Source: Candidatus Micrarchaeota archaeon (GTDB lineage: Archaea > Micrarchaeota > Micrarchaeia > Anstonellales > Bilamarchaeaceae). From it: 64,000 nt of DNA. Where the stretch lies: NCBI GenBank assembly GCA_043821365.1, contig JBDRCX010000006.1, forward strand, positions 512,001-576,000. The letters run 5' to 3'. Made by a program: the position numbers and the translations under genes. How positions within the stretch are numbered: the stretch's first letter is position 1; each line of letters opens with the position of its first letter. This document shows positions 30,501-37,963 of this stretch, piece by piece. The notes below the pieces were generated by a model. That model did not search any database. It was not told the DNA's origin and saw only the letters and a program-made list of their open reading frames with translations.

Positions 30501-33500
30501 ATTTGTGGCTTGATATATCCCCCATATCAAATCCCTACTATATTCTGGTTTGAATGTATCTGCATATCCTTCTGTTAACATTACATCAATTGATGTTCCA
30601 AGCACTCTTGAGGTTTGTACTAAATCTTCTCTGACTTCTTTTGCATTTCCTGCAAGGGCTCTTGTTATTCCTGTGGCAAGTACAGCATCCAAAACTTGCT
30701 GGTGTGCTCCTATTGCTGCATAATCTATTTTTTCATCACCTTGTGGTATCTCTTGTGGTTTTCCAAATTCGCCTAAGTTGTGTTCAAGTCTTGTAAGTTC
30801 AACTTCTCGTTGTCTTAAGTATTCCATCTGACTAAGTCTTTGCATTCCTACCTGGTAGACTGAAGCAAAACTAGCAAAACGTTGATTGGTTTCATCGATT
30901 GTTCCGTCCAGTTCTCCTGAACCTACTCCTCCACGGCTTAGTTCTGCAATATCACCATCAATTAGATGAACAACCTCAGCAGTCTGAAGTCTTAAGTGAT
31001 GAGCAGTATCAGATAATTCACTTGCGTGATGGACTATTATTTCTCCTATTTCTCCCTCTTTCATCTCACCGTGTGTTCTTTCGATTTTATCTTCCATACT
31101 AGCTAATCTTCCTGCATTCACTTCCAAACCAGTTTTTTGATACATTCTTCTAATCATTAACGGTTGGTTTGCTGTAAATTGATCTAGTTGTATTCTAACG
31201 TATTCAAGTTGTTGATCTATTGATTCAGGTGTACTTGTTCCGTTCACCATTCTATCAATTTCATCATCAACTTTTCCTGCAGCTGCATCAAGCTCTGCTG
31301 CTAAAGTTGCCGCACCACTTGCAATAATTTGCCGTGATTCTTGTGTTCTCTCTTTTGTTTCTGGTTCCATTCCCTTTCCTTCGGTGGTGTCTGCATATTG
31401 TTGCATTAATGCTTCTGCCTGTCTTTCAAATGATCCTCTTTCCAACAATAACATCTGTGATTGCTGTGCAAACTCAACTCTTTTTGGGAATGTTGCAAGT
31501 CTTAGTTCAACTTCCCTAAAGTTTCCTGTGGCCCTGGTCATATCAATGCTATAAACTTCTTCCATAAGGCCACGGTAATCAAATCCCACAACTACTGGTT
31601 CACCATCATTGCCAGTTTTTATCTCAGTTCTTAATACCTCTCCATCTCTTTGGCTGTCATCAGCCATATCAAATAACATTGCATGTTGCTGGTGAATGTC
31701 TACTTTTCTCTGATCTAATTGAATTCCAAAAACCGCACTTTTCAATGTTTTCTGAGCGTGTCCAAATCTTTCTCTTCTTGCATATCTTTTCGCAAGTTCA
31801 AGTTCTTGCATTCTTGCCTGTGTATCAAGTAAAGGAGTGCCTGCTTCTATTGTTGCACCAGCATGTTCTACAGTTGCTGCTAAGGTTATCGCACCCTCTT
31901 CTCTCCCGCTTCCATGTTGCTGGTCAAGTTCTCTAAGTCTTGCTTGTTCTGCTTCTATGCTTTTTACAAAACGTGCAACAGTATGCTGTATCTGTCTTTC
32001 TCTTCCAACTTTGGCCCCTCCTTCTAACATAGTATATGATGCACCTGCAATCATCCTACGTTGAGTGTCATCAAGTTCTGGCTCTTCAATTTTGGATAAC
32101 TCAAGTAATATTTGTGCAGCTTCATCATACTCTTTTCTCCCTCGGTATCTGTGTATTGTTCTTATTGTTGTTATGCTTGAATGAAGTTGCAATAATGCCT
32201 GTTGGCCTTGTTGGGAAAGATAAATCATTCTCAATCCTTTTTGTTCTAAAACATCTGCTTCTGGTGTGCCTGCTTTCCTCATTGTTCTTGCTTGTTGGAC
32301 TAGTTCAAGTCCCCTTGAATAACTGGTACTAAATCCTTCTGCCATTGTTGTTATCCTTTCGTAATCTATCCTCTCAGCTTCTTGGGTCTGTATATCTGCT
32401 TCCAGTATCCTTCCTGCTTTTTCAGCAACTGTGGCTTTCCTTTCGTGGTAACCACTTTGTGCTGTATAAGTAGCACCAATCCTTGTTTGTTGTGTTGGTG
32501 TTGTTCCAATTATTTTAGAACCAGTTCGCTGGAATTCAAGTAGCATTAATCGACTATCATGTTCCTGCTGTATACTTTCAAGTGAAGCAATTCGTTTTGT
32601 ATCACCAACTGGCAGAAGTGCTACTAGTTTTTCATCTTCAGAAGAATTAATTGTATTTATGAAACTATTTCCACTGATCAAAGCAGTTCCTAATGGTCCA
32701 GATAGTGTTGTTGGTACAAACCTTTGTGGATTTCCCTCTTCTAAAAGCATATCAAGTATCCGGTGGTCACCAAGTGCAGTACTACCCCTATAATCGCCAA
32801 GAACAGTCCTTACAAATTCTGGTATTTCCTTCTCACCTGGCTGCTTTGCTGCTCTACAATAAAGATCAGCAAGATCTCTTACTCTTTCTGCCCCTTCAAC
32901 ATCCCCTCTTGCAAACAAAACCTCTGCTGCATCATAGTATGCTTGTATGTTCCTTCGTACACTAGAGCTTGGTATCCCTTCCATTCCCTTTTGTTTTCTT
33001 AGTTCTGCCTCGAGTATCCATCTGACTTTTTCTACAGGTAGACTTTCAATTTCCATTCTTGTTATCTCATCTGCTATGGTTGCTACATCTCTGTCATTTA
33101 TTGGTCTCGAGCATGCATTTGCTCCAAGGATATATACAAGAAATTCTTCTTGCGATTTATCCCCTTCTATTGCATCCTGTGCTCTATGTAAGATGTCTAT
33201 TGTTCCGTAGAAGGCCAAATCTCTTGCTTTGCCTGTGATATCAGCTACGTTGCCAAGTGTTCTCAAGGAAGGGTCCAATGTATGGATTCCATCTCCGGCT
33301 ACAAATGATGCAATCTGTTCTGGCTTTCCAAGGTAAAGTATTTGCATTCTTCCATACGCTGTTCTTTCTTTATCAGTTAATTCTTCACCATTTGCAATCT
33401 TTTCAAGTAACCTGTCCATATACTCTATCGGGCGACTGTACAAATCAGTAAGATCAATCTGTTTTTTCTGTCTTGCAGTTTCATGTAACTCAAGAATTGC

Positions 33501-34907
33501 AAGTTGTGTTTTGGTTATCTCAATATAAACAGCAGTTTCCTGAACATGTTCACCTGCTGTTAGTGATATGCCATGAAGCTGTGCTCGTTTTTCTGGTGTT
33601 GTTAATTTATTGGCATATAATTGGCTAAGTTCAATTTGTATTTGCATCTGAGTACTATCACTAGAAGCCATGGCAGCAAAAATTCTCTCATGAATTCCGT
33701 TGAATTGTTCTAATTGTTCTGAACTCATGGATTGATAACTTTTCAAATAAGTTTCAACTATTTTTTGTAAACCGCTTGCAGTATATACCTGTTGCAATGT
33801 TGCTTCATCTGTTTTCAAACCAACTATTGCATCATGCAGTCCACCTACTGTTGGAATTTCTTGGCTTTCAATGTCTGCAATTAGATGATCTCTGATCTCA
33901 TTTCTAACTGTTGCTTCATCTTTTCTACCAGTTACTAAGTCGTCGCTCCATGTTGCTAATTTTTTCCTAAATGCACTATCAGCAGTTTCATACTGAGCTA
34001 ATATGTATTCATATAATGCAAGCTCATCTTCTTTCAGTGTTCCTTGTTCAGCAAATTCTGTTCTCAATTCTTTAACTCTTACATACATTCCTTGGATAAA
34101 ACTTGGTGGGGCATCACGCATTCCTAAATCTTGTAGGTGCTCTATCATTCCGTCTATTCCGGCAAGCTTTTGTTGCTTTAGAATCCCAACACCATCTCTG
34201 AATCTTTGCATTACTTCTTGGAGTTCTTGATTATTTTCATCAGTAAATTCTTGTCCTGCATCTATCTGTCTCTTAAGAACTTGTGACACTTGGATGATAC
34301 CCTGTCCAAGGCTACTTTGCGGTGTTATATACTGTTTATTAGAAATAAAAAATTCTGATAATTCTATCAATCCCTTAATCCTTTTTTCAGATAGGCCATA
34401 GTCTTGGAAAGATGCACGCAATGCCTCAGTCAGTTCTTGTGGTGCATCGACAAGTCTTTTTTCAAGCGCTATTATAGTTACCAATCCAGTAAGTTTTGCT
34501 TCTGCTTCATCCATCAATTCTCTTGATTTTTCTAGCTGTCCGGTTCTCATTTCCTGTATGCTTTTATCTGCTAAACTTCTAATGCGTGCAATCTCTGGCG
34601 TATACTTGGTTAATGATTCACCATCTAATCTTTCGGATATCTGTCCATCCAATGCTCTACGTCTTTGTTCAACAGCTTCTACAGTTGGTAATGTTGATCC
34701 AAGTGCTCCTGCAGTTTCTGCAAGTTGAGTTCTAGCATGATCAGCAGCTGCAGTAGCTTCTCTTAATTCCCGTTCTGCTCTAGCACGTGGCCCTCTTCTC
34801 GGAGTTATGCTTGCCAGTCCACCTGCAACGTCTCGTACTTCCCCTACAACTCGGTCGGCCTGTCCTACAGCAAGTTCAACATCAGTTGGTCTAACCTGTT
34901 CAGCCAA
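21573..34907 (-). CDS. Giant 4444-aa multidomain protein (helical N-half, Gly-rich hydrophobic segment, GNAT-like, 2x GGDEF-like, PPP phosphatase, unknown C-terminal domain)
   Basis: Uninterrupted 13.3-kb ORF; AGGTGA SD 4 nt before the TTG; domain motifs listed as separate features. Confidence 0.93.
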   Translation of the reverse strand: MAEQVRPTDVELAVGQADRVVGEVRDVAGGLASITPRRGPRARAERELREATAAADHARTQLAETAGALGSTLPTVEAVEQRRRALDGQISERLDGESLTKYTPEIARIRSLADKSIQEMRTGQLEKSRELMDEAEAKLTGLVTIIALEKRLVDAPQELTEALRASFQDYGLSEKRIKGLIELSEFFISNKQYITPQSSLGQGIIQVSQVLKRQIDAGQEFTDENNQELQEVMQRFRDGVGILKQQKLAGIDGMIEHLQDLGMRDAPPSFIQGMYVRVKELRTEFAEQGTLKEDELALYEYILAQYETADSAFRKKLATWSDDLVTGRKDEATVRNEIRDHLIADIESQEIPTVGGLHDAIVGLKTDEATLQQVYTASGLQKIVETYLKSYQSMSSEQLEQFNGIHERIFAAMASSDSTQMQIQIELSQLYANKLTTPEKRAQLHGISLTAGEHVQETAVYIEITKTQLAILELHETARQKKQIDLTDLYSRPIEYMDRLLEKIANGEELTDKERTAYGRMQILYLGKPEQIASFVAGDGIHTLDPSLRTLGNVADITGKARDLAFYGTIDILHRAQDAIEGDKSQEEFLVYILGANACSRPINDRDVATIADEITRMEIESLPVEKVRWILEAELRKQKGMEGIPSSSVRRNIQAYYDAAEVLFARGDVEGAERVRDLADLYCRAAKQPGEKEIPEFVRTVLGDYRGSTALGDHRILDMLLEEGNPQRFVPTTLSGPLGTALISGNSFINTINSSEDEKLVALLPVGDTKRIASLESIQQEHDSRLMLLEFQRTGSKIIGTTPTQQTRIGATYTAQSGYHERKATVAEKAGRILEADIQTQEAERIDYERITTMAEGFSTSYSRGLELVQQARTMRKAGTPEADVLEQKGLRMIYLSQQGQQALLQLHSSITTIRTIHRYRGRKEYDEAAQILLELSKIEEPELDDTQRRMIAGASYTMLEGGAKVGRERQIQHTVARFVKSIEAEQARLRELDQQHGSGREEGAITLAATVEHAGATIEAGTPLLDTQARMQELELAKRYARRERFGHAQKTLKSAVFGIQLDQRKVDIHQQHAMLFDMADDSQRDGEVLRTEIKTGNDGEPVVVGFDYRGLMEEVYSIDMTRATGNFREVELRLATFPKRVEFAQQSQMLLLERGSFERQAEALMQQYADTTEGKGMEPETKERTQESRQIIASGAATLAAELDAAAGKVDDEIDRMVNGTSTPESIDQQLEYVRIQLDQFTANQPLMIRRMYQKTGLEVNAGRLASMEDKIERTHGEMKEGEIGEIIVHHASELSDTAHHLRLQTAEVVHLIDGDIAELSRGGVGSGELDGTIDETNQRFASFASVYQVGMQRLSQMEYLRQREVELTRLEHNLGEFGKPQEIPQGDEKIDYAAIGAHQQVLDAVLATGITRALAGNAKEVREDLVQTSRVLGTSIDVMLTEGYADTFKPEYSRDLIWGIYQATNGFNGRIYNQRRIEKGGQAVYEEMVEDGTPMRKGLAYLQEHDQIRPGLHAQLTADLEFSRISTRVDQFNAGAQLAMSCLEDSIMLFDNVDQYVRTHGYSPFNMNLRWRAADLLQIGRAAASDPEGITRKILSGGQVSLPAIEVKIRDRDGVYDDAKISAGADYDDIPHALYAAMHGYLDSLQTYSVGFKHVEGDRFALAAHREPIKLADLYTTATFAKMGIAWDEDDGWTQVRLTPEEHKVVLAHATGTKDIKGISQLLGDYFGVHLGLTTIWSYSERKQMYDVVATYADHDLEVINGVLQNRLQGGKPATDEYIQGLYAETSDFAGQYDTDYGRLLKEGQSSESTARGIQAGVELTLALGLTATGFGAVVGVGFGTKALHDLAENSRRSGGFSQMGTAEQVLGVGGVVLGFGGAALGSLSGIANESLAVGRVTMFSSMMGTGGRGITVLGGGLMAGGLGMAGYGAYESGKAWIHGDIGGLEFFTTGVLGVVQATAPVGAHVAPTRTARAWRVAGTSQDTRGAKIFRGVMTGLTGETVHTMSLAETTALRAQHGKRFGQLGETQKTLYGQMELRLGRSLTPEEGLVFMDRIPTRKVGGRTEFRPLGAAATEKFLAEAEVYFLNPPEAEIPGGHPHDAEQDAPVDRTTEMRERRERAAEQVLHAQLKSRFIEPGEDGTTYRLGRGEEQKTYSSEHVDTALRIVSSAERILNNPEFASLPPEQKRAFVAEALRGQPEKVQRHAMELALNPEYLANRKSRARQLEFGLDAAMKIPEIARQPEAIVIRAMSEEQRLLERPVTVENLRETITRRKANVSRFRGEAKVLREAGETARAKQLEEFATRIEQGTEKLAAKLRTLEPVRHDESQEFVERKRAITDIEVDGKRPWSEITEQERAAAWPEIKRLYDEAYGAADLHYSNPEKLFTEVTPIWFVAREGGRIVAFATASRTPRGELRIGLFGATQEGQAGRTAIHSLVRRLTTSEDTYSLVSGRPAHLVRKYEGEFTLFEEAKIAMGSGIQRGELSPTKPGKNLKALRRMAGFETSEIVLEASKRTGRPVAEIKFEDLVDQAAIRGEIPDTPEAKARCFAVSQDIEGSPTIVIKLMVGHPRKVGAQARVTETAMPIAVGAEGIEPTPISKGRRTRGPETKVVEPETRAPVVEPESIEAGEFVRLRPSRELFKTDDVVGHVLRRAGVELIDGELVRTGQPEWLIGHEAVAGEEVSIGRMVRSIEDVILSDAMQGQEMDVIVIRPDKKSLSQINKMFGEEVGDQALGVYQDIIQGAVRRIIGDSQEQTAHIIRPPSGGGDEAVGIIIVPKGKGEDVRTRLGQEMRAVTDAEFQRISTASDGSGRLRYSLSLMTDPLRLIEASYDISRPVTVGRAEDGRAVAVHADGSDAMLQRSESRIGFLEGLITRAEEDGSLSFAPSLRERLGVRTGVGWKLSESIGQVGDGETVSGTAFEVRLQIDDNQAYVDIGGRLPGVERTVETPYLEITGKGYAEVERNAFGLRGFNTFLGHDGANYLVSTVEAAVARYATEHGVTVRRLGTMKYVIEGGTPADATVMARVIDEQLHSAGVKMSVQKQGAVPIENANFADAMASISNGRLRMLWGSENYDSADAIIAAMAIGNDDTLTRLGLGKLRDITEVIRKNPQLRKVEDLVIKLRRLPEPRGADMLEAFQDFVLTEGRTFEIRRQAITRSPDGMSLAIVDDAPRLAPVQKRTGEPDHAYRYRVRQQEREVELAVQEQQLGKRIPESTKLGRRLHLIAEDSKLGTANERMLAEQLGSDATYQEAIRTGSLDEAIAIADRYGTVLEAIESSPPTMKQGAYVDVIQNARQVIAIGDVHGDVYGVVDQFLRQGILIDTMEGIPRTLPKTDPRYVPPAKRYRLNPDLPEGSQIVFMGDYIDRGPTSVDVVELVSQMKSDGGQTGTRVHALRGNHEELFRRFVEFYRGSSDQEVRAVFEGKANADDIMGAMKQWSRVGVDQTFESIIERYGSWENFIHENYDQQGRVIEGSFMHFIEQSRAAVIIDNNYFTHGGPVLQSDGQLITSPEMLDAHFQRLFTTADNHWGTVFGDIRVMESGDYSSAYVEGRHGWAPIMSQEIAAQWREALGVDHIYVGHSRGKGVRAAGGYVTNLDASMSEAYGRGSGFVVIDPLRKTAPARLHTSRAPEDSPHLIGVADDSHVPTDFTNGRDRTTILRNPISQAADDVYAGREVVVKRPDVTKPPSRSILGMEESDLPSRVTYEAVIREDGNVQFNFEYDGVENILLVRIADDGMTPAELRTYYEGEISREVNSAKETHILDTLDQSLSSSPEMMRDAVMAGAKTIRRTAPEETRVQMLEAYSRTVAALDEHLHYAQVEGFITIGQIGNVLGFAAKLHLLGVDPVPLLSHEVKPGVRNGLLDNFRPTDVDSFRMLEQATETSRRLLDRIPLDQITDPDARGAVVKHIFEYLFDDVSRLPTAESREAYMQLIGSNLDNLDFGVLSEALAIRVDVKVGRKTRQETILLGDITADRADQLSVRPNRLPFATYLLPETGPVPRSLVLRALSSDAIRKELRSHANFRQVADLMDNIFNSSGNTTVEPWLRLVGAELEYIARDGATKADKAEFLGSSRTRGKIDYMDLIYNAYLDGKVSPADLARISRNLIGPDGGVLPIDAFTQTVSSEIGKLFIPSDVQLPAAFILENIDLIMDYTQYRGNLTEAAPRSTQNLVGYYGPQEGFGEAAIVFDQAIRAMAEGRFQEFKFSDEFRGELISLVGEERGSRIFETWRQNHTADQVTVGDATHTILETGSFEDGFYGGRVRGERTCQDISQQTFHIAGIVGTVELPWIKQIVIKNPAGEIIYRRRIFLMQGDDGNPILVAQPKYGAKDMPGLAEIDTAVMASIRTRYEEMGIGVRDIDHAYANDIGPNAGYRTFTSGRSPYYYMDSNGYVVRAGREGIVFARHGLHYREPGTSEGYRQPDIFQKGWNERRDITGELIKD
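24000..25020 (-). other. PPP-family Ser/Thr phosphatase (metallophosphoesterase) domain within the giant protein
   Basis: IAIGDVHGD, FMGDYIDRGPTS, LRGNHEE, FTHGG and VGHS all present in order. Confidence 0.92.
25700..26140 (-). other. Degenerate second GGDEF-like domain within the giant protein
   Basis: FGLRGFNTFLGHDGAN matches F..xN..xGH..GD; RRLGTMKY replaces R.GGDEF. Confidence 0.5.
26350..26800 (-). other. GGDEF-like nucleotide cyclase domain within the giant protein
   Basis: D..(8)..INKMFGEEVGDQAL followed by IIRPPSGGGDEAVGI; GGDE at about 26589-26600. Confidence 0.75.
27500..27830 (-). other. GNAT-like acetyltransferase domain within the giant protein
   Basis: WPEIKRLYDEAY...WFVAREGGRIVAFAT...LRIGLFGATQEGQAG fits GNAT strand/helix order. 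Confidence 0.5.
28990..29460 (-). other. Gly-rich hydrophobic (putative membrane-inserting) segment within the giant protein
   Basis: LTLALGLTATGFGAVVGVGFG, VLGVGGVVLGFGGAALGSL, VLGGGLMAGGLGMAGYG, FFTTGVLGVV. Confidence 0.7.
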
Positions 34908-34915
34908 ATCTTCAC

Positions 34916-35230
34916 CTAATTTTTCGTATAACAGATATTTACAAATTCCTGCAGCATATTAATGCGTTCGTTGTAATCTCGTCTTCTATTTTTTGTAATT
35001 AAAACTTTCTTTTCCCATTCACTCAAAGCAGTGTGTAATTTTTTGTACCCCGTAAATTTTGGTTCAAGGTCTTTTGGTCTTGTTTTTGCATTATCCCATT
35101 TTGCAATTGCATCTTCAAGTACAGAAATAGTGTTATTGACTTTTTCAATAACCTTCTTTTCAACAAGATCTATGTTTGATTCATTGACTGGTTGACCAAA
35201 TTCAAAATCTTTATTCTTGTTGTTATCCAT
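34916..35230 (-). CDS. Hypothetical small helical protein at the head of the giant-gene cluster
   Basis: Ends 8 nt before the giant start; 104 aa. Confidence 0.65.
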   Translation of the reverse strand: MDNNKNKDFEFGQPVNESNIDLVEKKVIEKVNNTISVLEDAIAKWDNAKTRPKDLEPKFTGYKKLHTALSEWEKKVLITKNRRRDYNERINMLQEFVNICYTKN

Positions 35231-35340
35231 GGTTCCCCTCTATACTCTTTGCTTATCTCTTATTTTTATATATTCCTCTCACGTAACCTTGTTTTCGATT
35301 CAACGCCAAGTTTTTTAACTGATCCCAACAAATAATTTTT

Positions 35341-35874
35341 ATGGCAAATACTCAGTCACGGCCTCCTAATTTGCGTCTTATCAAAGGTGATCACACCACA
35401 CCATTCAATCGTTCCAGAACTGAAGTTCTATTATCTGAAATTCAAACTGGTGGCCCGTCTTATATGAAAATAAGGGAACTTTCAAAACAAATAAAATCAA
35501 AAATTGCTTTTTTGGAAGCAGAATTGGCAGATGATGGGAAGAATCTTCGTAGTGGTCTTCAAAATTTCTTAGCTGTCATGGCAAGCAGTAGAAAAGATGA
35601 ACTAACTGGCAGTGGTGTTGACTTTAGGGATCCTTCTGATCCTAAAAAAGTTGCTGTTAGTCTTGTGAGTGGTGAAACAGATTCTCCTGAAGCACAACCC
35701 AAAATTGATCAAATTATAGCTAGTTGCATAGAAGTTGCAAAATCAGATGTTGAATTTTTAAGAGAAGTTCTCATCTCAACTAGAGACAAAGGTTCGGTTA
35801 CTCATGAACAATTTCCTAAATTAAAAGATATTTTAGAAAATAATAGTTATTGGCGCTTTATTGAACCAACTTAA
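35341..35874 (+). CDS. Hypothetical protein
   Basis: 177-aa ORF with Pro/Arg-rich N-terminus. Confidence 0.6.
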   Translation: MANTQSRPPNLRLIKGDHTTPFNRSRTEVLLSEIQTGGPSYMKIRELSKQIKSKIAFLEAELADDGKNLRSGLQNFLAVMASSRKDELTGSGVDFRDPSDPKKVAVSLVSGETDSPEAQPKIDQIIASCIEVAKSDVEFLREVLISTRDKGSVTHEQFPKLKDILENNSYWRFIEPT

Positions 35875-35875
35875 A

Positions 35876-37030
35876 TTATTCAGGATGAGCAGCAGCACTT
35901 GTAACTTTTAATTGCACTACTTTTTTTGGATCAGACCACACTGGAGCTGTTTCATGTTGGTGCGTATTTTGATGGTTTTCATTATGCCCCATTGGTCCTT
36001 CATGTAATGGGTGATGTTCCTCATGATGTGTATTACCATGTCCACCATGCCAGAATCCACCAACTAATCTTGAATGTCCTGGGTGTAAATGTGCATCAGC
36101 TTCAAACACTGCTCCTTCATGATGCCCCCCATGTGAATGATGATCATGATGTTCTACATGTGCATGATGTCCTTCTATGTGGCGATGAGTACTATGATGT
36201 TCTCCGTGATTACCTTCATGATGATGTTCACTACGGTGTCCTTCATTGGTATGATGACTTCCATGATGTTCCTCATGATGTGTATTACCATGTCCACCAT
36301 GCCAGAATCCACCAACTAATCTTGAATGTCCTGGGTGTAAATGTGCATCAGCTTCAAACACTGTTCCTTCATGTGAATGATGTTCTTCATGTGCATGATG
36401 TGATCCATGCTCATGATTGTCATGATGAGATTCTCCATGTTGATGCCCTTGTTCATCATGGTGATGACCTATATGCGGTTCTCTATCCTGTGCATGATGT
36501 TGTTCATTATGAGAAGAATGTTTCTCTTGATTTCCATGTTCTGCATGAGCATGTTGTCTGTTAGGACCAGCATATAAAAGTTGGATTAAGTTTCCGTGTG
36601 TTTCATAACCAACTATTTCCACTTGTTCCTGTGCTGCTGTTTCTTTTTTTGTAGAAACACCAGTTTCGTTTTGACCTAGTTTATCAAATAGGGGAGTTGT
36701 TTTTCGTTGTTCTACATAATAATTATGTTTCATCCCACCAGTTGCTCTGTCTGCGTAGGTCCATACTCTTGCCCGCTTTCCATATGTGTATATACCTCCG
36801 CATGCTGCACGGGGGGAAATCCAGACTGTTTTTTGTTTTTTGGGTTTTTGTAGAGTGTGGTGCCCGGGTTCAATTAATCTTGGTATTTGTACTGGGTGAT
36901 GTATAAATTCAACTAACTGTGATGGGTGATACATAGCCCCAACTAGTCTTGGTCTTCGTAGTGAAGGCGGTTCAATTTTCGGAATTGGCATTTTTCTCTG
37001 CGCAATTCCAGCACTAGTCTTAATCATCAA
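35876..37030 (-). CDS. Histidine-rich low-complexity protein with an internal duplication
   Basis: His/Glu/Gly-rich C-terminal half; two copies of HEG(T/A)VFEADAHLHPGHSRLVGGFWHGGHGNTHHEEHH. Confidence 0.72.
   Translation of the reverse strand: MMIKTSAGIAQRKMPIPKIEPPSLRRPRLVGAMYHPSQLVEFIHHPVQIPRLIEPGHHTLQKPKKQKTVWISPRAACGGIYTYGKRARVWTYADRATGGMKHNYYVEQRKTTPLFDKLGQNETGVSTKKETAAQEQVEIVGYETHGNLIQLLYAGPNRQHAHAEHGNQEKHSSHNEQHHAQDREPHIGHHHDEQGHQHGESHHDNHEHGSHHAHEEHHSHEGTVFEADAHLHPGHSRLVGGFWHGGHGNTHHEEHHGSHHTNEGHRSEHHHEGNHGEHHSTHRHIEGHHAHVEHHDHHSHGGHHEGAVFEADAHLHPGHSRLVGGFWHGGHGNTHHEEHHPLHEGPMGHNENHQNTHQHETAPVWSDPKKVVQLKVTSAAAHPE
36012..36373. repeat. 110-bp direct repeat pair (36012-36121 and 36264-36373)
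   Basis: 109/110 identical by direct comparison; offset 252 nt, in frame. Confidence 0.95.
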
Positions 37031-37090
37031 ATGACAAGTTGTTCCTGTTGCTTTTAAAACTTAATTATTGGATTTCGTTCCTTGTCGTAT

Positions 37091-37256
37091 GCGACTTTTT
37101 AGGAAAAAGTCGCCCAAAAACTAGTTAAAAAAACTCATCCTTGAACAAAGTTCAAGGTGCAAATTGTTGCTCTGCAACAATTACGTGGCAAAAAACTAAT
37201 TTGCTATTTGGAAAAAAGGTAGCACCAAAAACTCATCATTAGTAAAATTGTGCCAC
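37091..37256. repeat. Free-standing intergenic array of hairpin modules related to the tRNA introns
   Basis: GCGACTTTTT-agg-AAAAAGTCGC, CCTTGAAC-aaa-GTTCAAGG, AATTGTTGC-tct-GCAACAATT, GTGGCA...TGCCAC; linkers CAAAAACTAGTT and AAAACTAATTTGCTA. Confidence 0.8.
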
Positions 37257-37286
37257 AAAAAACTGATTTATTATTTGGAATACCCA

Positions 37287-37685
37287 CTAATCGTCCATAC
37301 ATCTTTGATGTCCATTAGGGCATGTCATGCTAGTGTCATCATAGAATCCTTCATCATAATTAATGTCTATACTGGCTTCTTTTTCACAATAAAGTTTATT
37401 GCACTCGGGACAATAATAGTCAAGACCCATTTTCTGTATCCATTTTTCTCTTATTAATTTATGGATTTTCAGATAATTTTTTTCTTCAATCCATTTTTTT
37501 ACTTCTACAATATCCACTTCATTAATGGTTATTGATCTCAATGGACTATAAATTGTAAATTCATTTTCTCCAAATTTTATTAATACAATTTCCTGGCCAC
37601 AGCTATCACATTTTAGTCTGTAATCAGCTTCTATTTTTGCTAATTTTTTTCTATCCTGTGTTTCATCAAATGAAGTTACTCCCAT
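37287..37685 (-). CDS. Hypothetical zinc-binding protein
   Basis: CDSC, CPEC..YC and CPNGH motifs; likely start ATG 37685. Confidence 0.6.
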   Translation of the reverse strand: MGVTSFDETQDRKKLAKIEADYRLKCDSCGQEIVLIKFGENEFTIYSPLRSITINEVDIVEVKKWIEEKNYLKIHKLIREKWIQKMGLDYYCPECNKLYCEKEASIDINYDEGFYDDTSMTCPNGHQRCMDD

Positions 37686-37695
37686 TATTCCACCT

Positions 37696-37959
37696 TTATT
37701 TGAATGAAAGATACCACCTTTCATATTCTTTATGAGTTGCAAAACACCTTAAGATAAAAAGTCGATCATCTTCAACTTGGTAGACCAAACGCGATTGTTT
37801 GGTCACATTTACTACGTTAAAAGGCAATCCATACCGCATATGACGGCGAGTTGGCATATTAACTATCTTTTCTATGTGTTTTTTAAAATATAATCTAAGT
37901 TGCGCATCCATCTTACTAAGTTCTTCTTCAGCTAATTCTGATATGCGCACTTCAATCAT
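37696..37959 (-). CDS. RelE/ParE-family toxin
   Basis: 87 aa; IEVRISELAEEEL..., RLVYQVEDDRLFIL..H; downstream of an RHH gene. Confidence 0.75.
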   Translation of the reverse strand: MIEVRISELAEEELSKMDAQLRLYFKKHIEKIVNMPTRRHMRYGLPFNVVNVTKQSRLVYQVEDDRLFILRCFATHKEYERWYLSFK

Positions 37960-37963
37960 TTAA

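Noticed and set aside
21624-34230. Many short ORFs on both strands inside the giant gene
   Set aside because: Shadow frames with L/F/S-biased composition, no motifs and no SD.
36012-36373. Possible CRISPR array
   Set aside because: Only two 110-bp in-frame coding repeats; no repeat-spacer periodicity and no cas genes in the window.
35926-36564. 212-aa plus-strand ORF rich in V/H/D
   Set aside because: Antisense shadow of the His-rich gene; CAT/GAT/ATG repeats simply lack stop codons.
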